A stretch of DNA of 64,000 bases from an uncultured Actinomycetota bacterium (GTDB lineage Bacteria > Actinomycetota > Actinomycetes > Mycobacteriales > Mycobacteriaceae), in NCBI GenBank assembly GCA_963734385.1, contig CAVTHR010000006.1:47910-111909 (forward strand), read 5' to 3'. Under the pieces are notes generated by a model that was not told the DNA's origin, ran no database searches, and saw only the letters and a program-made list of their open reading frames with translations. Positions 1-11,567 of this stretch are shown piece after piece; positions within the stretch are counted from its first letter, which is position 1; each line of letters starts with the position of its first letter. The position numbers and the translations under genes are program-made.

Positions 1-77
1 TCAAGCGGGCCAAGAAGATGGTGCTCGACGTCGCGACGGAACGGTTGCGTGAACGGGTCATGCAGGGCGGCCACTGA
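1..77 (+). CDS. 3' end of probable SRPBCC/cyclase-like protein (Rv0856/Rv0857-like), truncated by window start
   Basis: Frame 3 reads KRAKKMVLDVATERLRERVMQGGH-TGA(75-77); the call rests on synteny next to dapC. Confidence 0.5.
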   Translation, partial: KRAKKMVLDVATERLRERVMQGGH

Positions 78-325
78 CCCGGCTGGGGGATAGCGGGTAG
101 AGGTGCCTTCCGGCTAGCCGGTGCCGCGAATGGGTGCCAGCGTTGTCGAGATCACAGGTCACGGGCGTGAAGATGAGAAGCGATTTTCAAAGGGGTCTCA
201 TCATCAGGACATACTTCGCTGCCACCGCCGCACTGTTCGTCATCGCACTCGCTGCATTGCAGCTGGTCGGCCCGTCCCGCCCGTCAACTGAGCCGATTAC
301 GACGACGACCGACAGCCTTAAGAAC

Positions 326-1503
326 TCACCCCCGACGACGCAGCACACCGAGCCTGCGTATCGCCTCGTCAAGCGTGTCGTCGCGCTTGCAGAAGGCGAA
401 GCGCACTAGGTGATTCCACGCGTCGGCGTGCTCGGCGCCCGGATCGCAGAACGCCGACATCGGGATCGCGGCCACCCCCGCCTTCTCGGGCAGTTCGGCG
501 CAGAACGCCGTGCTGTCGTCATAGCCCAGCGGCCGTGGGTCCGCGCACAGGAAGTACGTGCCGAAGCTGTCGTGCACCTCGAACCCCAGACTCGTCCAGC
601 GCGCGACCCAGCCTGTCGCGCTTGGCCTGCAACGACTCCCGTAGCGCGGCCACCCACGCTTCCTCGGTGTTGAGCGCATGGGCCACAGCGGGCTGGAACG
701 GTGCGCCGCCGACATAACTGAGGTATTGCTTGGCCGCCCGCACGCCTGCGATGAGATCCGCTGCGCCGCAAGCCCATCCGATCTTCCAACCGGTGCAGTT
801 GAACATCTTGGCCGCGCTGGAGATGGTGATCGTCCGGTCGGCCATGCCCGGATAGTTGGCCAGCGGCATGTGGCGGCGGCCGTCGAACACCAGATGCTCG
901 TAGACCTCGTCGGTGATCACCAGCAGGTCCGCTTTGACCGCGAGGTCGGCGATCGCCGCAAGCTCGGCGTCGGAGGCGACCATGCCCGGTCGGGTTGTGC
1001 GGCGAGTTGACGAATCAACGCCTTGGTGTTCGGCGTGACCGCGCCGCGCAGCCCGTCGACATCGATCGCGAAGCCGCGGCCGTCGGGCACCATCGGTACG
1101 GCCTGCGGTGGGCACCTGCCATCGCGATGACGGGGGAGTAGGAGTCGTAGAACGGCTCGATCAGCAGCACTTCCGAGCCCGGTTCGACGAGCCCGAGGAC
1201 CGCTGCGGCGATGGCCTCGGTGGCGCCGACGGTGACGAGCACCTCGGTGTCCGGGTCGTACTCGGTGCCGAAGTGCCGCTTGCGCTGCGCGGCGATCGCC
1301 TCCCGCAGCGGCGCGATGCCCAGCCCCGGCGGGTACTGGTTGACGCCTTCGGCGATGGCGTTCTCCGCGGTCTTCAACATCGCGGGCGGGCCGTCTTCGT
1401 CGGGAAAACCCTGCCCCAGGTTCACGGCGCCGATGCGGGCGGCGAGCGCCGACATCTCGGCGAAGATCGTGACCGCGTAGGGCTGCAGCCGCGACACCGT
1501 CAT
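326..1503 (-). CDS. dapC: PLP-dependent class I/II aminotransferase (N-succinyldiaminopimelate aminotransferase, Rv0858c-like), several frameshifts
   Basis: MTVSRLQPYAVTIFAEMSALA..NLGQGFPD, DEVYEHL, SAAKMFNCTGWKIGW (PLP lysine) and VRFAFCK are spread over 4 ORF-track frames; divergent from fadA. Confidence 0.85.
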
Positions 1504-1538
1504 GATTGACGAGCCTAGTGGGCGGGCGTGACGAACCT

Positions 1539-1556
1539 CCCAACCAACAGGTTGGG
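1539..1556. promoter_or_regulatory. Palindromic operator-like site in the dapC/fadA intergenic region
   Basis: CCCAACC-aaca-GGTTGGG, just upstream of a TAGGCT -10-like hexamer (1566-1571) facing fadA. Confidence 0.5.
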
Positions 1557-1641
1557 TGGCGCTGTTAGGCTGGCGCATAGAGGACTACCGCCCATGTGGG
1601 CAGGTCTCCCAATAAAACCCACCTGAACAGGAACTATCTTC

Positions 1642-2853
1642 ATGTCTGAAGAAGCCTTCATCTACGAGGCCATTCGCACGCCTCGCGGCAAGAACAAGAA
1701 CGGCGCCCTCAACGAGGTCAAGCCGATCAACCTGGTCACCGGTCTGGTCGACGAGCTGCGGTCGCGGTTCCCCGACCTGGACGAGACCCTGATCAGCGAC
1801 ATGATCCTCGGCGTCGTGTCGCCGGTCGGCGATCAGGGCGGCGACATCGCCCGCACCGCGGTGCTGGCCGCGGGCCTGCCCGAGACCACCGGCGGCGTCC
1901 AGCTCAACCGCTTCTGCGCGTCCGGCCTCGAGGCCGTCAACACCGCCGCGCAGAAGGTGCGCTCCGGCTGGGACGACCTGGTGCTGGCCGGCGGCGTCGA
2001 GTCGATGAGCCGCGTGCCGATGGGCTCCGACGGCGGCGCATGGGCCACCGACCCCGAGACCAACTACACGATCGGCTTCGTCCCGCAGGGCATCGGCGCC
2101 GACCTGATCGCCACCATCGAGGGCTTCTCCCGCGAAGACGTCGACCGCTACGCACTGCGCTCACAGGAGAAGGCCGCGGCCGCATGGTCGGGCGGGTACT
2201 TCGCCAAGTCCGTGGTTCCGGTCAAGGACCAGAACGGTCTGGTCATCCTCGACCACGACGAGCACATGCGCCCCGACACCAAGATGGAGGGCCTCGCGAA
2301 GCTGAAGACCGCGTTCGACGGCATCGGCGAGATGGGCGGCTTCGACGACGTGGCGCTGCAGAAGTACCACTGGATCGAGAAGATCAACCACGTCCACACC
2401 GGCGGCAACAGCTCCGGCATCGTCGACGGCGCCGCGCTGGTGCTCGTCGGCAGCGAGAAGGCAGGCAAGTCGCAGGGCCTGACGCCGCGGGCACGGATCG
2501 TCGCGACCGCCACCAGCGGCGCCGATCCGGTCATCATGCTGACCGGCCCGACCCCCGCGACCAAGAAGGTGCTCGACCGTGCGGGCCTGACGGTCGACGA
2601 CATCGATCTGTTCGAGCTGAACGAGGCGTTCGCGTCCGTGGTTCTGAAGTTCCAGAAGGACCTGAACATCCCCGACGAGAAGCTCAACGTCAACGGTGGC
2701 GCCATCGCGATGGGCCACCCGCTGGGCGCCACCGGCGCCATGATCACCGGCACCATGGTCGACGAGCTCGAGCGCCGCAACGCGCGCCGCGCGCTGGTCA
2801 CCCTGTGCATCGGCGGCGGCATGGGTGTCGCGACCATCATCGAGAGGGTTTAA
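1642..2853 (+). CDS. fadA: Acetyl-CoA acyltransferase (thiolase), beta-oxidation trifunctional enzyme subunit
   Basis: [19 protein letters not shown] and CIGGGMG motifs; 403 aa. Confidence 0.95.
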   Translation: MSEEAFIYEAIRTPRGKNKNGALNEVKPINLVTGLVDELRSRFPDLDETLISDMILGVVSPVGDQGGDIARTAVLAAGLPETTGGVQLNRFCASGLEAVNTAAQKVRSGWDDLVLAGGVESMSRVPMGSDGGAWATDPETNYTIGFVPQGIGADLIATIEGFSREDVDRYALRSQEKAAAAWSGGYFAKSVVPVKDQNGLVILDHDEHMRPDTKMEGLAKLKTAFDGIGEMGGFDDVALQKYHWIEKINHVHTGGNSSGIVDGAALVLVGSEKAGKSQGLTPRARIVATATSGADPVIMLTGPTPATKKVLDRAGLTVDDIDLFELNEAFASVVLKFQKDLNIPDEKLNVNGGAIAMGHPLGATGAMITGTMVDELERRNARRALVTLCIGGGMGVATIIERV

Positions 2854-2857
2854 GGCC

Positions 2858-5005
2858 ATGGCAGACAACACCATTGTTTGGGACCAGGATGCCGACGGCA
2901 TCGTCACCCTGACGCTCGACGACCCGAACGGGTCGGCCAACGTGATGAACGAGCACTACCGCGAGTCCATGCACAAGACGGTCGAACGCCTTGTGGCCGA
3001 GAAGGATTCGATCACCGGCGTCGTCATCACCAGCGCCAAGAAGACCTTCTTCGCGGGCGGCGACCTCAACACGATCATCCAGGCGGGCCCGGAGAACGCG
3101 GGCGAGTTCTTCGACGAGGTCGAGGGCATCAAGCGTGACCTACGCGCGCTCGAGACGCTGGGCAAGCCGGTCGTCGCCGCGATCAACGGCGCGGCGCTCG
3201 GCGGCGGCCTCGAGATCTGCCTGGCGACCCACCACCGCATCATCGCCGACGTGTCGGGTGCGGTCGTCGGCTTCCCCGAGGTGACGCTGGGCCTGCTGCC
3301 CGGCGCAGGCGGCGTCACGCGCAGTGTGCGGATGTTCGGCATCCAGAACGCGTTCATGAACGTGCTGTCCCAGGGCACCCGGTTCAAGCCGGACAAGGCC
3401 AAGGAGACCGGGCTTGTCGACGAGGTGCTGCCGACCGTCGAAGAACTGGTGCCCGCCGCCAAGGCGTGGATCAAGGCCAACCCCGACGCGCATACGCAGC
3501 CGTGGGATCCAAGGGCTACAAGATGCCCGGCGGCACGCCGTCCAGCCCCGCGCTGGCAGGCATCCTGCCGTCGTTCCCGGCCCTGCTGAAGAAGCAGCTC
3601 AAGGGCGCGCCGATGCCTGCGCCGCGCGCCATCCTGGACGCCGCGGTCGAGGGCGCGCAGGTCGACTTCGACACGGCCAGCCGCATCGAGAGCCGCTACT
3701 TCACCCATCTCGTCACCGGCCAGGTCGCCAAGAACATGATCCAGGCGTTCTTCTTCGACCTGCAGCACATCACCGGCGGCGGATCGCGGCCCGAGGGCAT
3801 CGGCAAGACGCCGATCACCAAGATCGGTGTGCTCGGCGCGGGCATGATGGGCGCGGGCATCGCCTACGTCTCGGCGAAGGCCGGCTTCGACGTCGTGCTC
3901 AAGGACGTCGACATCGAGGCCGCGAAGAAGGGCAAGGGCTACTCGGAGAAGCTGGAGGCCAAGGCTCTCGAGCGCGGCAAGACCACCGAGGAGAAGTCCA
4001 AGGCGCTGCTCGCCCGGATCACCCCGACGGCCGACCCTGCCGACCTCAAGGGCGTCGACTTCGTCGTCGAGGCGGTGTTCGAGAACCAGGAACTCAAGCA
4101 CAAGGTGTTCCAGGAGATCGAGGACATCGTCGAGCCCAACGCGCTGCTCGGCTCGAACACCTCCACGCTGCCGATCACCGGTCTGGCGACCGGCGTGAAG
4201 CGGCAGGAGGACTTCATCGGGATCCACTTCTTCTCGCCTGTCGACAAGATGCCGCTGGTGGAAATCATCAAGGGCGAGAAGACCTCTGACGAGGCGCTGG
4301 CCCGGGTGTTCGACTACACGCTGGCCATCGGCAAGACCCCGATCGTCGTCAACGACAGCCGCGGCTTCTTCACGTCGCGGGTGATCGGCACGTTCGTCAA
4401 CGAGGCGCTGGCGATGCTCGGCGAGGGTGTCGAGCCCGCCTCCATCGAGCATGCGGGTAGCCAGGCCGGTTACCCGGCGCCGCCGCTGCAGCTGTCCGAC
4501 GAGCTCAACCTCGAGCTGATGCACAAGATCGCTGCCGCCACCCGCAAGGGTGTCGAGGACACGGGCGCCACATACGAGCCCCATCCGGCAGAGGCGGTCG
4601 TCGAGAAGATGATCGAGATCGGCCGCCCGTCGCGGTTGAAGGGCGCTGGCTTCTACGAGTACACCGACGGCAAGCGCACCGGTCTGTGGCCGGGCCTGCG
4701 CGAGACGTTCAAGTCCGGTGCCTCGGAGCCGCCGCTGCAGGACATGATCGACCGCATGCTGTTCGCCGAGGCGCTGGAGACCCAGAAGTGCCTCGACGAG
4801 GGCGTGCTGACGTCGACCGCCGACGCCAACATCGGCTCGATCATGGGCATCGGGTTCCCGCCGTGGACCGGTGGCAGCGCGCAGTTCATCGTCGGGTACG
4901 AAGGCCCTGCCGGAAGAGGCAAGGAAGCGTTCGTGGCGCGCGCCAAGGAGCTGGCCGCCACGCTACGGCGACCGCTTCAACCCGCCGGAGTCGCTGACCA
5001 AATAG
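2858..5005 (+). CDS. fadB: Enoyl-CoA hydratase/3-hydroxyacyl-CoA dehydrogenase; indels near 3510 and 4960
   Basis: FFAGGDL, GAALGGGLE, GVLGAGMMGAGIA, SNTSTLPI, HFFSPV; true C-terminus YGDRFNPPESLTK-TAG(5003-5005). Confidence 0.92.
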
Positions 5006-5016
5006 CCCGCCCGGAA

Positions 5017-5058
5017 CGCAAGAGCCCCCGAAACAATGCTGTTTCGGGGGCTTTTGCG
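5017..5058 (+). terminator. Intrinsic terminator after fadAB
   Basis: CGCAAGAGCCCCCGAAAC-aatgct-GTTTCGGGGGCTTTTGCG, an 18-bp stem with one G-U pair. Confidence 0.85.
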
Positions 5059-5082
5059 ATAGCCCACGCGCATCATTGCCTG

Positions 5083-8000
5083 GTGAGCTGTCCGGCCTGC
5101 GGCACACAACTACGCGCCGATGCCAAGTTCTGCGACGAATGCGGCGCGGCCGTTGTGACGGCGGGGACGACTGCCGAGTTCAAGCAAGTCACGGTGCTGT
5201 TCGCGGATGTCGTGCGATCCATGGACATCGCTGTGGCCGTGGGCACTGAGCGATTGCGCGAAATCATGTCCGACCTTTTCGACCGTTCCGCTGATGTGGT
5301 GAACCACTATCGCGGCACGTTGAGCCAATTCACCGGCGACGGAGTCATGGCAGTCTTCGGAGCGCCGTTGTCGTTGGAAGACCACGCCATTCGGGCCTGC
5401 CTGGCGGCGCTGGCCATCCAGTCGCAGGTTCATGACCTCGCCATCGGCGTCAGGGAGCGGGACGGCATCGATCTGCGGCTGCGGGTCGGGCTGAACTCCG
5501 GCGAGGTGATTGCCGGCGAAGTCGGTTCCCGCGTCCAGAGTTACACGACGGTCGGGCGTCAGGTCGGGATGGCGCAACGGATGGAATCCGCGGCTCCATC
5601 GGTGGAGTGATGTTGAGTGAGTCGACCGCCCGGCTGGTCGAAGACGCGGCGCAAATCGGCGAAGTCCAGCATGTCCGGATCAAGGGTTCCGCCGATCCCG
5701 TTCCCGCATATCAGCTTCTGGCGATGATTGGACGCCGCCACCAACTGACCCAGCGCTCGTCTGTCCTCGTGGGTCGCGAATGGGAACTCTCCGCACTGAC
5801 CGCAATGCTGGGTCGGGCCATCGACGGTCACGGATGCGTTGTGAGCGTGGTCGGCCCCCCGGGAATCGGCAAGAGTCGAATCGTCGCCGAGACGGCTTCC
5901 ATCGCCAGCGGCCGCGGTGTGCAGGTGCATTCGACGTATTGCGAGTCGCACACAAGTGACGTTCCTTTCCAGGCCGCCACCCGGTTGTTGCGATCTGCGT
6001 GGGGGGTTGAAGGCCTCGGCGACGAGGCGGCACGCGAGGTGGTGCGTGACAGGGTGGGGGAAGCGCACGTCGACGATCTCGTCCTCCTCTACGACGAACT
6101 CGGCATCCGAGACTCGGCGGATCCGTTGCCCGATATCGCGCCAGAGGCGAGGCGACGCCGGTTGACCGCGGTGGTGAATGCGTCGATGACGGCGCGCCGT
6201 GAGCCCGCGGTGTACATCGTCGAGGACGCCCATTGGATCGATGCGACGAGCGAGTCACTGCTTTCGGATTTTCTGTCGGCGGTCCCGCGGACCCGGTCAC
6301 TTGTGCTAGTCACCTACCGACCGGAATACAGCGGCGCACTAAGCCAAGCACACGGCGCACAAACTATAGCGCTTGCACCGCTTGATGATTCACAGATCAT
6401 CGGGCTGATCAACGGATTGGTCGGCTCGGACCCGTCGACCGCTCCGCTGGTGGAACAAATCGCCGAACGTGCAGCGGGCAACCCGTTCTTCGCGGAGGAG
6501 ATCGTGCGTGATCTCGCCGATCGTAATGTGATCAGTGGCGAGCGCGGTGGTTACAGATGCCTGGACGACGCCGCCGACGTGGAGGTGCCCGCGACTCTCC
6601 AGGCCGCCATCGCCGCCCGAATCGACCGCCTCACGCCGGAGGCGAAATTGACGCTCAACGCTGCGGCCGTTGTCGGCCTGCGGTTTGAAGAAGATCTTTT
6701 GCAGACGCTGACCGACACCGCCGCGATCGGGGCGTTGATCGAAGCGGAACTTGTCGACCAGGTGGTGTTTACTCCTCACGCCGAGTATGCGTTCCGGCAT
6801 CCATTGATCCGCTCGGTCGCCTACCGGTCGCAGCTCGCCTCGGCCCGCGCAGACCTGCATCGGCGATTGGCGAACTCCCTCGAGGCACGTGACTCTGAAT
6901 CAGCTTCGGAAAATGCGGCATTGATCGCCGAACACCTTGAAGCAGCAGGCGATTTGGCTGAGGCCTTCGGCTGGCACATGCGCGCAGGACATTGGTTGAC
7001 GTTTCGCGACATCATCGCGGCGCGGTCTAGCTGGCAGCGGGCGGCGCGAGTTGCTGGCGAATTGGCCGCCGGTGATCCCGCGCGTGATGCGATGCTCATC
7101 GCCCCGCGCGCATTGCTATGCGCAAGCTCAGTGCGAACCGGCGTCGTCGACGAGGCCGCCTTCGCAGAACTATGTCGACTGGCCGGTGAGGCCGACGACA
7201 AGGCGTCGCTCGCCTTAGCGATGGCCGGCCATCTCCCGGCGCTCGCGTTCCACGCGCGTTACCGCGAATCCGCCAGGTTGGCAACCGAACTCAGCGAGAT
7301 ACTTGAATCCATCAATGACCCATCGCTGACAGTCGCCCTGCTGGGTCAAGCGGCCTTTGGCAAGCAGGTTCGCGGCGAGATCGCAGAAGCCCTGCGGTTG
7401 GCCGAGCGTGTCATCGAGCTTGCTGCCGGTGATTCTCAAATGGGTCAACTCCTGATTGAGTCGCCGTTGGCTCAGGCCGTCATGACGCACGCGGCCGCGC
7501 GAATGTGCCTTGGAGCCGACGGATGGCGGCGCGACATGGATCAAGCAGCCGCCATGTGCCGCGAATGCCTTCCCATTGGCCAAGCGATGATGCACATCTG
7601 GAAATACGCGTACGGAGTCGTGGCAGGCGCGGTGGTGCCCGACGCGGCTTCCGTACCGGAGACGGCTGAAATGCTGGATCTCGCCGAGCGGCAGAGTGAG
7701 AACCAGACGCTGGAAGTCGCCCGATTCCTGCACGGCTTTGTCCTGGCGACACGAGGCGGGCCCGATGCAATCCGGGGATGGACCCTCCTTGACGAGGCCC
7801 GTGAGGCCGCCGCGCAAGACCGCTCCATCGCAGTGTTCGTTCCATTCATCGACATCGAACGCGGCCGGGAGAAGATCCGAGCCGGTGATCTCGATGATGC
7901 CATTGAACTACTCAGATCCGTCGCCGAGAACGAGCTGGCTGCCGGCGGACTCGGCCTCTACGGATTCGCGGCGGACGCTCTGATCGAGGCGCTCCTTCGA

Positions 8001-8234
8001 CGCGGCGGAAGTACGGACGTCAAGGCCGCGCAGGTAGAAATCGAGCGATTGGCGGCGTTGCCCACCGATGCCGGATTCGCGTTTTACGAGATTTCGATCA
8101 TTCGCCTGCGGGCGTTGCTGGCACGGGCATGTGGGGACCACGCCGAATTCCGCCAGCTCGTAAAGCGCTACCGCGCCCGCGCGATGGAGCTGGATTTCGA
8201 GGGGCACATTGCCAACGCCGAGGCGATGGTCTGA
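5083..8234 (+). CDS. Zinc ribbon + class III nucleotidyl cyclase + STAND/AAA ATPase + helical C-terminus (copy 1); indel near 5600
   Basis: CPACG..FCDECG, VTVLFADV, FTGDG, RVGLNSGEV, Walker A GPPGIGKS, Walker B YIVEDAHW, GNPFFAEE, FRHPLIR. Confidence 0.88.
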
Positions 8235-8264
8235 CCGTTTGGCGCCTTTCGTATCGTGGTGTGA

Positions 8265-9680
8265 GTGAGTGCCGAAACCGTCGACGGGGTCGGGTTTCGG
8301 TCCGAGCGAGGCCCGGTCTTGGTCTCGATCATGCTGTCGCTCAGCCTGGTGGCGCTGGATGCCACCGTGCTGGCGACCGCGGTGCCGACGATCGTCGGCG
8401 AACTCGGCGACTTCAGGTTGTTTCCGTGGCTGTTCTCCGGCTACCTGCTCGCGCAGGCGGTGACGACGCCGCTCTACGCCAAACTCTCCGACGTGTTCGG
8501 CCGCAAGCCGGTCATCCTCGTCGGCATCGGCCTGTTCATGGCCGGGTCGATCCTGTGCGCTGTTGCGTGGTCGATGCCTGCGCTCATCGTCGCGCGAGCC
8601 GTGCAGGGGCTGGGCGCCGGTGCGGTGCAACCGATGTCGGTGACGATCGTCGGCGACATCTACTCACTCGCCGAACGGGCGCGGGTGCAGGGGTACTTCG
8701 CCAGCGTGTGGGCGGTGGCCTCGGTTGTCGGCCCCACGCTCGGCGGGTTGTTCGCCGAACTGGGGATCTGGCGCTGGGTCTTCGTGCTCAACGTGCCCCT
8801 CTGCCTGCTCGCCGCCTGGATGATGGTTCGGCGTTTTCATGAGGACACCGAACGCGGAAACCGATCCGTGGACTACCGCGGCGCGGTGCTGCTGACAGCG
8901 TCGCTGACGCTGCTGGTGTTGGGGATCCTCGGTGGCGGGCAGGCGTGGGATTGGGGCTCGGCTCCGAGCATCGGCGCGTTCAGCGCGGGCGGGGTGCTGC
9001 TGGCTGCGTTCTTCTTCGCCGCTCGCCGAACCACCGATCCGATCCTGCCCGGTTTCGTGCTGACGCGGCGGCTGCTGTCGACCACCACCGTGGTGGGTCT
9101 CGGGGTGGGGGCCATCCTGATCGGGCTGACGTCCTACGTGCCGACGTATCTCGAGGGGTCGCTCGGCGTGTCACCCGTCCAGGCGGGCCTGGCGCTGACC
9201 ACCCTGACCATTGGCTGGCCGCTGACCGCAGGTCTGGCCGGCCGGATCTATCTTCGGATCGGCTTCAAGAGGACCGCGCTCATCGGGGCGGCCCTGGTCT
9301 TGCTCGGCGCCTGCGGGCTGGCGGCGATGGCGCACCGGCCGAGCATCGTCGCGGTCGCTGCGCTGTGTTTCGTGACGGGGTGCGGGCTCGGCCTGCTGGC
9401 GTTGCCTGCCCTGATCGCGGCGCAGTCGAGCGTGGACTGGGACGAGCGCGGAGTCGTCACCGGTGCGCACATGTTCGCCCGATCGTTGGGCAGCGCGGTC
9501 GGCGTTGCGGTGTTCGGCGCAGTCGCGAACACCGTCTTCGGCGAGGGCGACGTGCACAGCCTTGGCGCTGCCACCATCCAGTCCGGCACACTCGCGGTGT
9601 TCATCGGTGTGTTGGTGGTGGCCGTGATTGCCGCCGCCGCGGTGGTCGCGATGCCGCCAACGCCGCCTGACAGGTCCTAG
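8265..9680 (+). CDS. MFS drug:H+ antiporter (DHA2-like)
   Basis: KLSDVFGRK motif A, LDATVLATA, many hydrophobic segments. Confidence 0.9.
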   Translation: MSAETVDGVGFRSERGPVLVSIMLSLSLVALDATVLATAVPTIVGELGDFRLFPWLFSGYLLAQAVTTPLYAKLSDVFGRKPVILVGIGLFMAGSILCAVAWSMPALIVARAVQGLGAGAVQPMSVTIVGDIYSLAERARVQGYFASVWAVASVVGPTLGGLFAELGIWRWVFVLNVPLCLLAAWMMVRRFHEDTERGNRSVDYRGAVLLTASLTLLVLGILGGGQAWDWGSAPSIGAFSAGGVLLAAFFFAARRTTDPILPGFVLTRRLLSTTTVVGLGVGAILIGLTSYVPTYLEGSLGVSPVQAGLALTTLTIGWPLTAGLAGRIYLRIGFKRTALIGAALVLLGACGLAAMAHRPSIVAVAALCFVTGCGLGLLALPALIAAQSSVDWDERGVVTGAHMFARSLGSAVGVAVFGAVANTVFGEGDVHSLGAATIQSGTLAVFIGVLVVAVIAAAAVVAMPPTPPDRS

Positions 9681-9740
9681 ACGAAGCGGCCACGGAGGTT
9701 CGAACTTAGGATCTGAGCTCTACGCGACAGGGAGGCCCGC

Positions 9741-11564
9741 ATGGCCGATGTGCAGCTGATTCCGCTCGAGGTGCTTCTGGGCAACCCGCAACGATCGGGA
9801 GCGCAGATCTCGCCGGACGGCAAGCGGTTGTCGTATATCGCACCACTTGACGGCGTGCTCAATGTGTTCGTCGGAGAAGCCGGAACCGATGACGAGCGGC
9901 CGGTGACTCACGACACGGAGCGCGGGATCGAGGGTTACCTGTGGGCGCACGACAACCGCCACATCATGTATGTGCGGGATAAGGACGGAAGCGAGAACTA
10001 CCGGCTCTACGACGTCGACCTCGAGACGGGGATCGAGCGCGACCTGACTCCGATGGACGGCGTTCAATGCCGGCTCATCGCCCACCGCAAGGAGTTTCCG
10101 AACGATGTGCTGATCGGCTTGAACAAGGACAACCCGCAGCTGCACGATGTGTACCGCTTGGATCTGACGAACGGCGGGCTGGAGAAGATCGTCGAGAACC
10201 CAGGCTTTCTCGGTTGGGTGGTGGACACCGACCTGAAGGTCCGCGGCGGGGTGGCGCCGACGCCTGTTGGCGGCGCAGTGATCCTGGTGCGCGACGACGA
10301 GGCATCCGATTGGCGACCTCTCCTCGAGGTACCGCCGGACGACGCGGAGTCGACTGGGCCGCTTGGCTTCACGAAAGACGGCAAGAGCATGTACTTGCAG
10401 ACGTCGGTCGACTCGAACACCGGCCGACTGGTGAAGATGGACATCGCGACGGGTGCGGTCGAGGTGATCGCCCAGGATCCGGTGTACGACATCACCGGGG
10501 TGATGATGAACCCCGACACCCGGGAAATAGAGGCGGTGCTGGTGTACCGCGATCGCCTGGAGTACCAGATCCACGACGATGCGATCCGTGGCGACATCGA
10601 AGCGCTCCAGCGGCTTCATGTGGGCGAATTGATGATCAGTGACCGCAACGACGATGACACGACGTGGCTGGTGGCGTTCGATGACGACGCGGGACCCGTG
10701 AAGTTCTACACCTGGGACCGCGCGGCGAAGACCCCGACGTTCTTGTTCGACCACCGACCGCAACTCAACGACTATCCGCTGGTGCCGATGGAGCCCTTCA
10801 GCTTCACGGCGCGGGACGGACTGACAGTCCACGGCTACCTCTCTTTCCCGGCCGAAGTCGAGCGCGTCAACCTGCCTGCCGTCCTGGTGGTGCACGGTGG
10901 CCCGTGGGCCCGCGACGGCTGGGGGCTCGATGCCGAGGCGCAGTGGCTCGCCAACCGCGGCTACCTGTGTGTGAACGTGAACTTCCGCGGGTCAAGCGGC
11001 TATGGCAAGGAATTCCTCAACGCGGGCAACCACGAATGGGGCGCCAAGATGCACGACGATCTGTTGGACGCCATCGATCACCTTGTCGCGCAAGGCATTG
11101 TCGACCGCGAGCGCGTGGCAATCTACGGTGGTTCCTACGGTGGGTACGCTGCGCTCATCGGTGCCACATTCACCCCAGACGTCTTCAAGTGTGCGATCTC
11201 GATGGTCGGCCCGTCGAACCTGAACACGCTGCTCGATTCCTTCCCCGAGTACTGGAAGCCGATGATCGCGATGTGGCACAAGCGGGTCGGCGAGGACAGG
11301 GAGTTTCTGTGGTCGCGTTCACCGCTGTCGAGAGTCGACGACATCAGGATCCCGATCCTCATCGCTCAGGGCGAGAACGATCCACGCGTGAAGTGCGCAG
11401 AATCCGAGCAGATAGTCGCGGCGATGAAAGAGCGTGGCATCGACCACGAGTACGTGATGTACGAAAACGAGGGGCATGGTTTGACCAAGCCCGAGAATCG
11501 CCTCGACTTCTACCACCATGCCGACCGTTTTCTGGCCAAACACCTTGGCGGCCGCGCGGAGTGA
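9741..11564 (+). CDS. S9 family peptidase (prolyl oligopeptidase/acylaminoacyl peptidase)
   Basis: VHGGPW, GGSYGG, NDPRV and EGHG triad motifs; GGAGG RBS. Confidence 0.92.
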   Translation: MADVQLIPLEVLLGNPQRSGAQISPDGKRLSYIAPLDGVLNVFVGEAGTDDERPVTHDTERGIEGYLWAHDNRHIMYVRDKDGSENYRLYDVDLETGIERDLTPMDGVQCRLIAHRKEFPNDVLIGLNKDNPQLHDVYRLDLTNGGLEKIVENPGFLGWVVDTDLKVRGGVAPTPVGGAVILVRDDEASDWRPLLEVPPDDAESTGPLGFTKDGKSMYLQTSVDSNTGRLVKMDIATGAVEVIAQDPVYDITGVMMNPDTREIEAVLVYRDRLEYQIHDDAIRGDIEALQRLHVGELMISDRNDDDTTWLVAFDDDAGPVKFYTWDRAAKTPTFLFDHRPQLNDYPLVPMEPFSFTARDGLTVHGYLSFPAEVERVNLPAVLVVHGGPWARDGWGLDAEAQWLANRGYLCVNVNFRGSSGYGKEFLNAGNHEWGAKMHDDLLDAIDHLVAQGIVDRERVAIYGGSYGGYAALIGATFTPDVFKCAISMVGPSNLNTLLDSFPEYWKPMIAMWHKRVGEDREFLWSRSPLSRVDDIRIPILIAQGENDPRVKCAESEQIVAAMKERGIDHEYVMYENEGHGLTKPENRLDFYHHADRFLAKHLGGRAE

Positions 11565-11567
11565 ACG

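Noticed and set aside
3466-5610. Apparent FadB-adenylate cyclase fusion (714-aa ORF)
   Set aside because: One extra base near 4960 skips FadB's normal end (TAG 5003-5005), and the linker reads through a strong terminator
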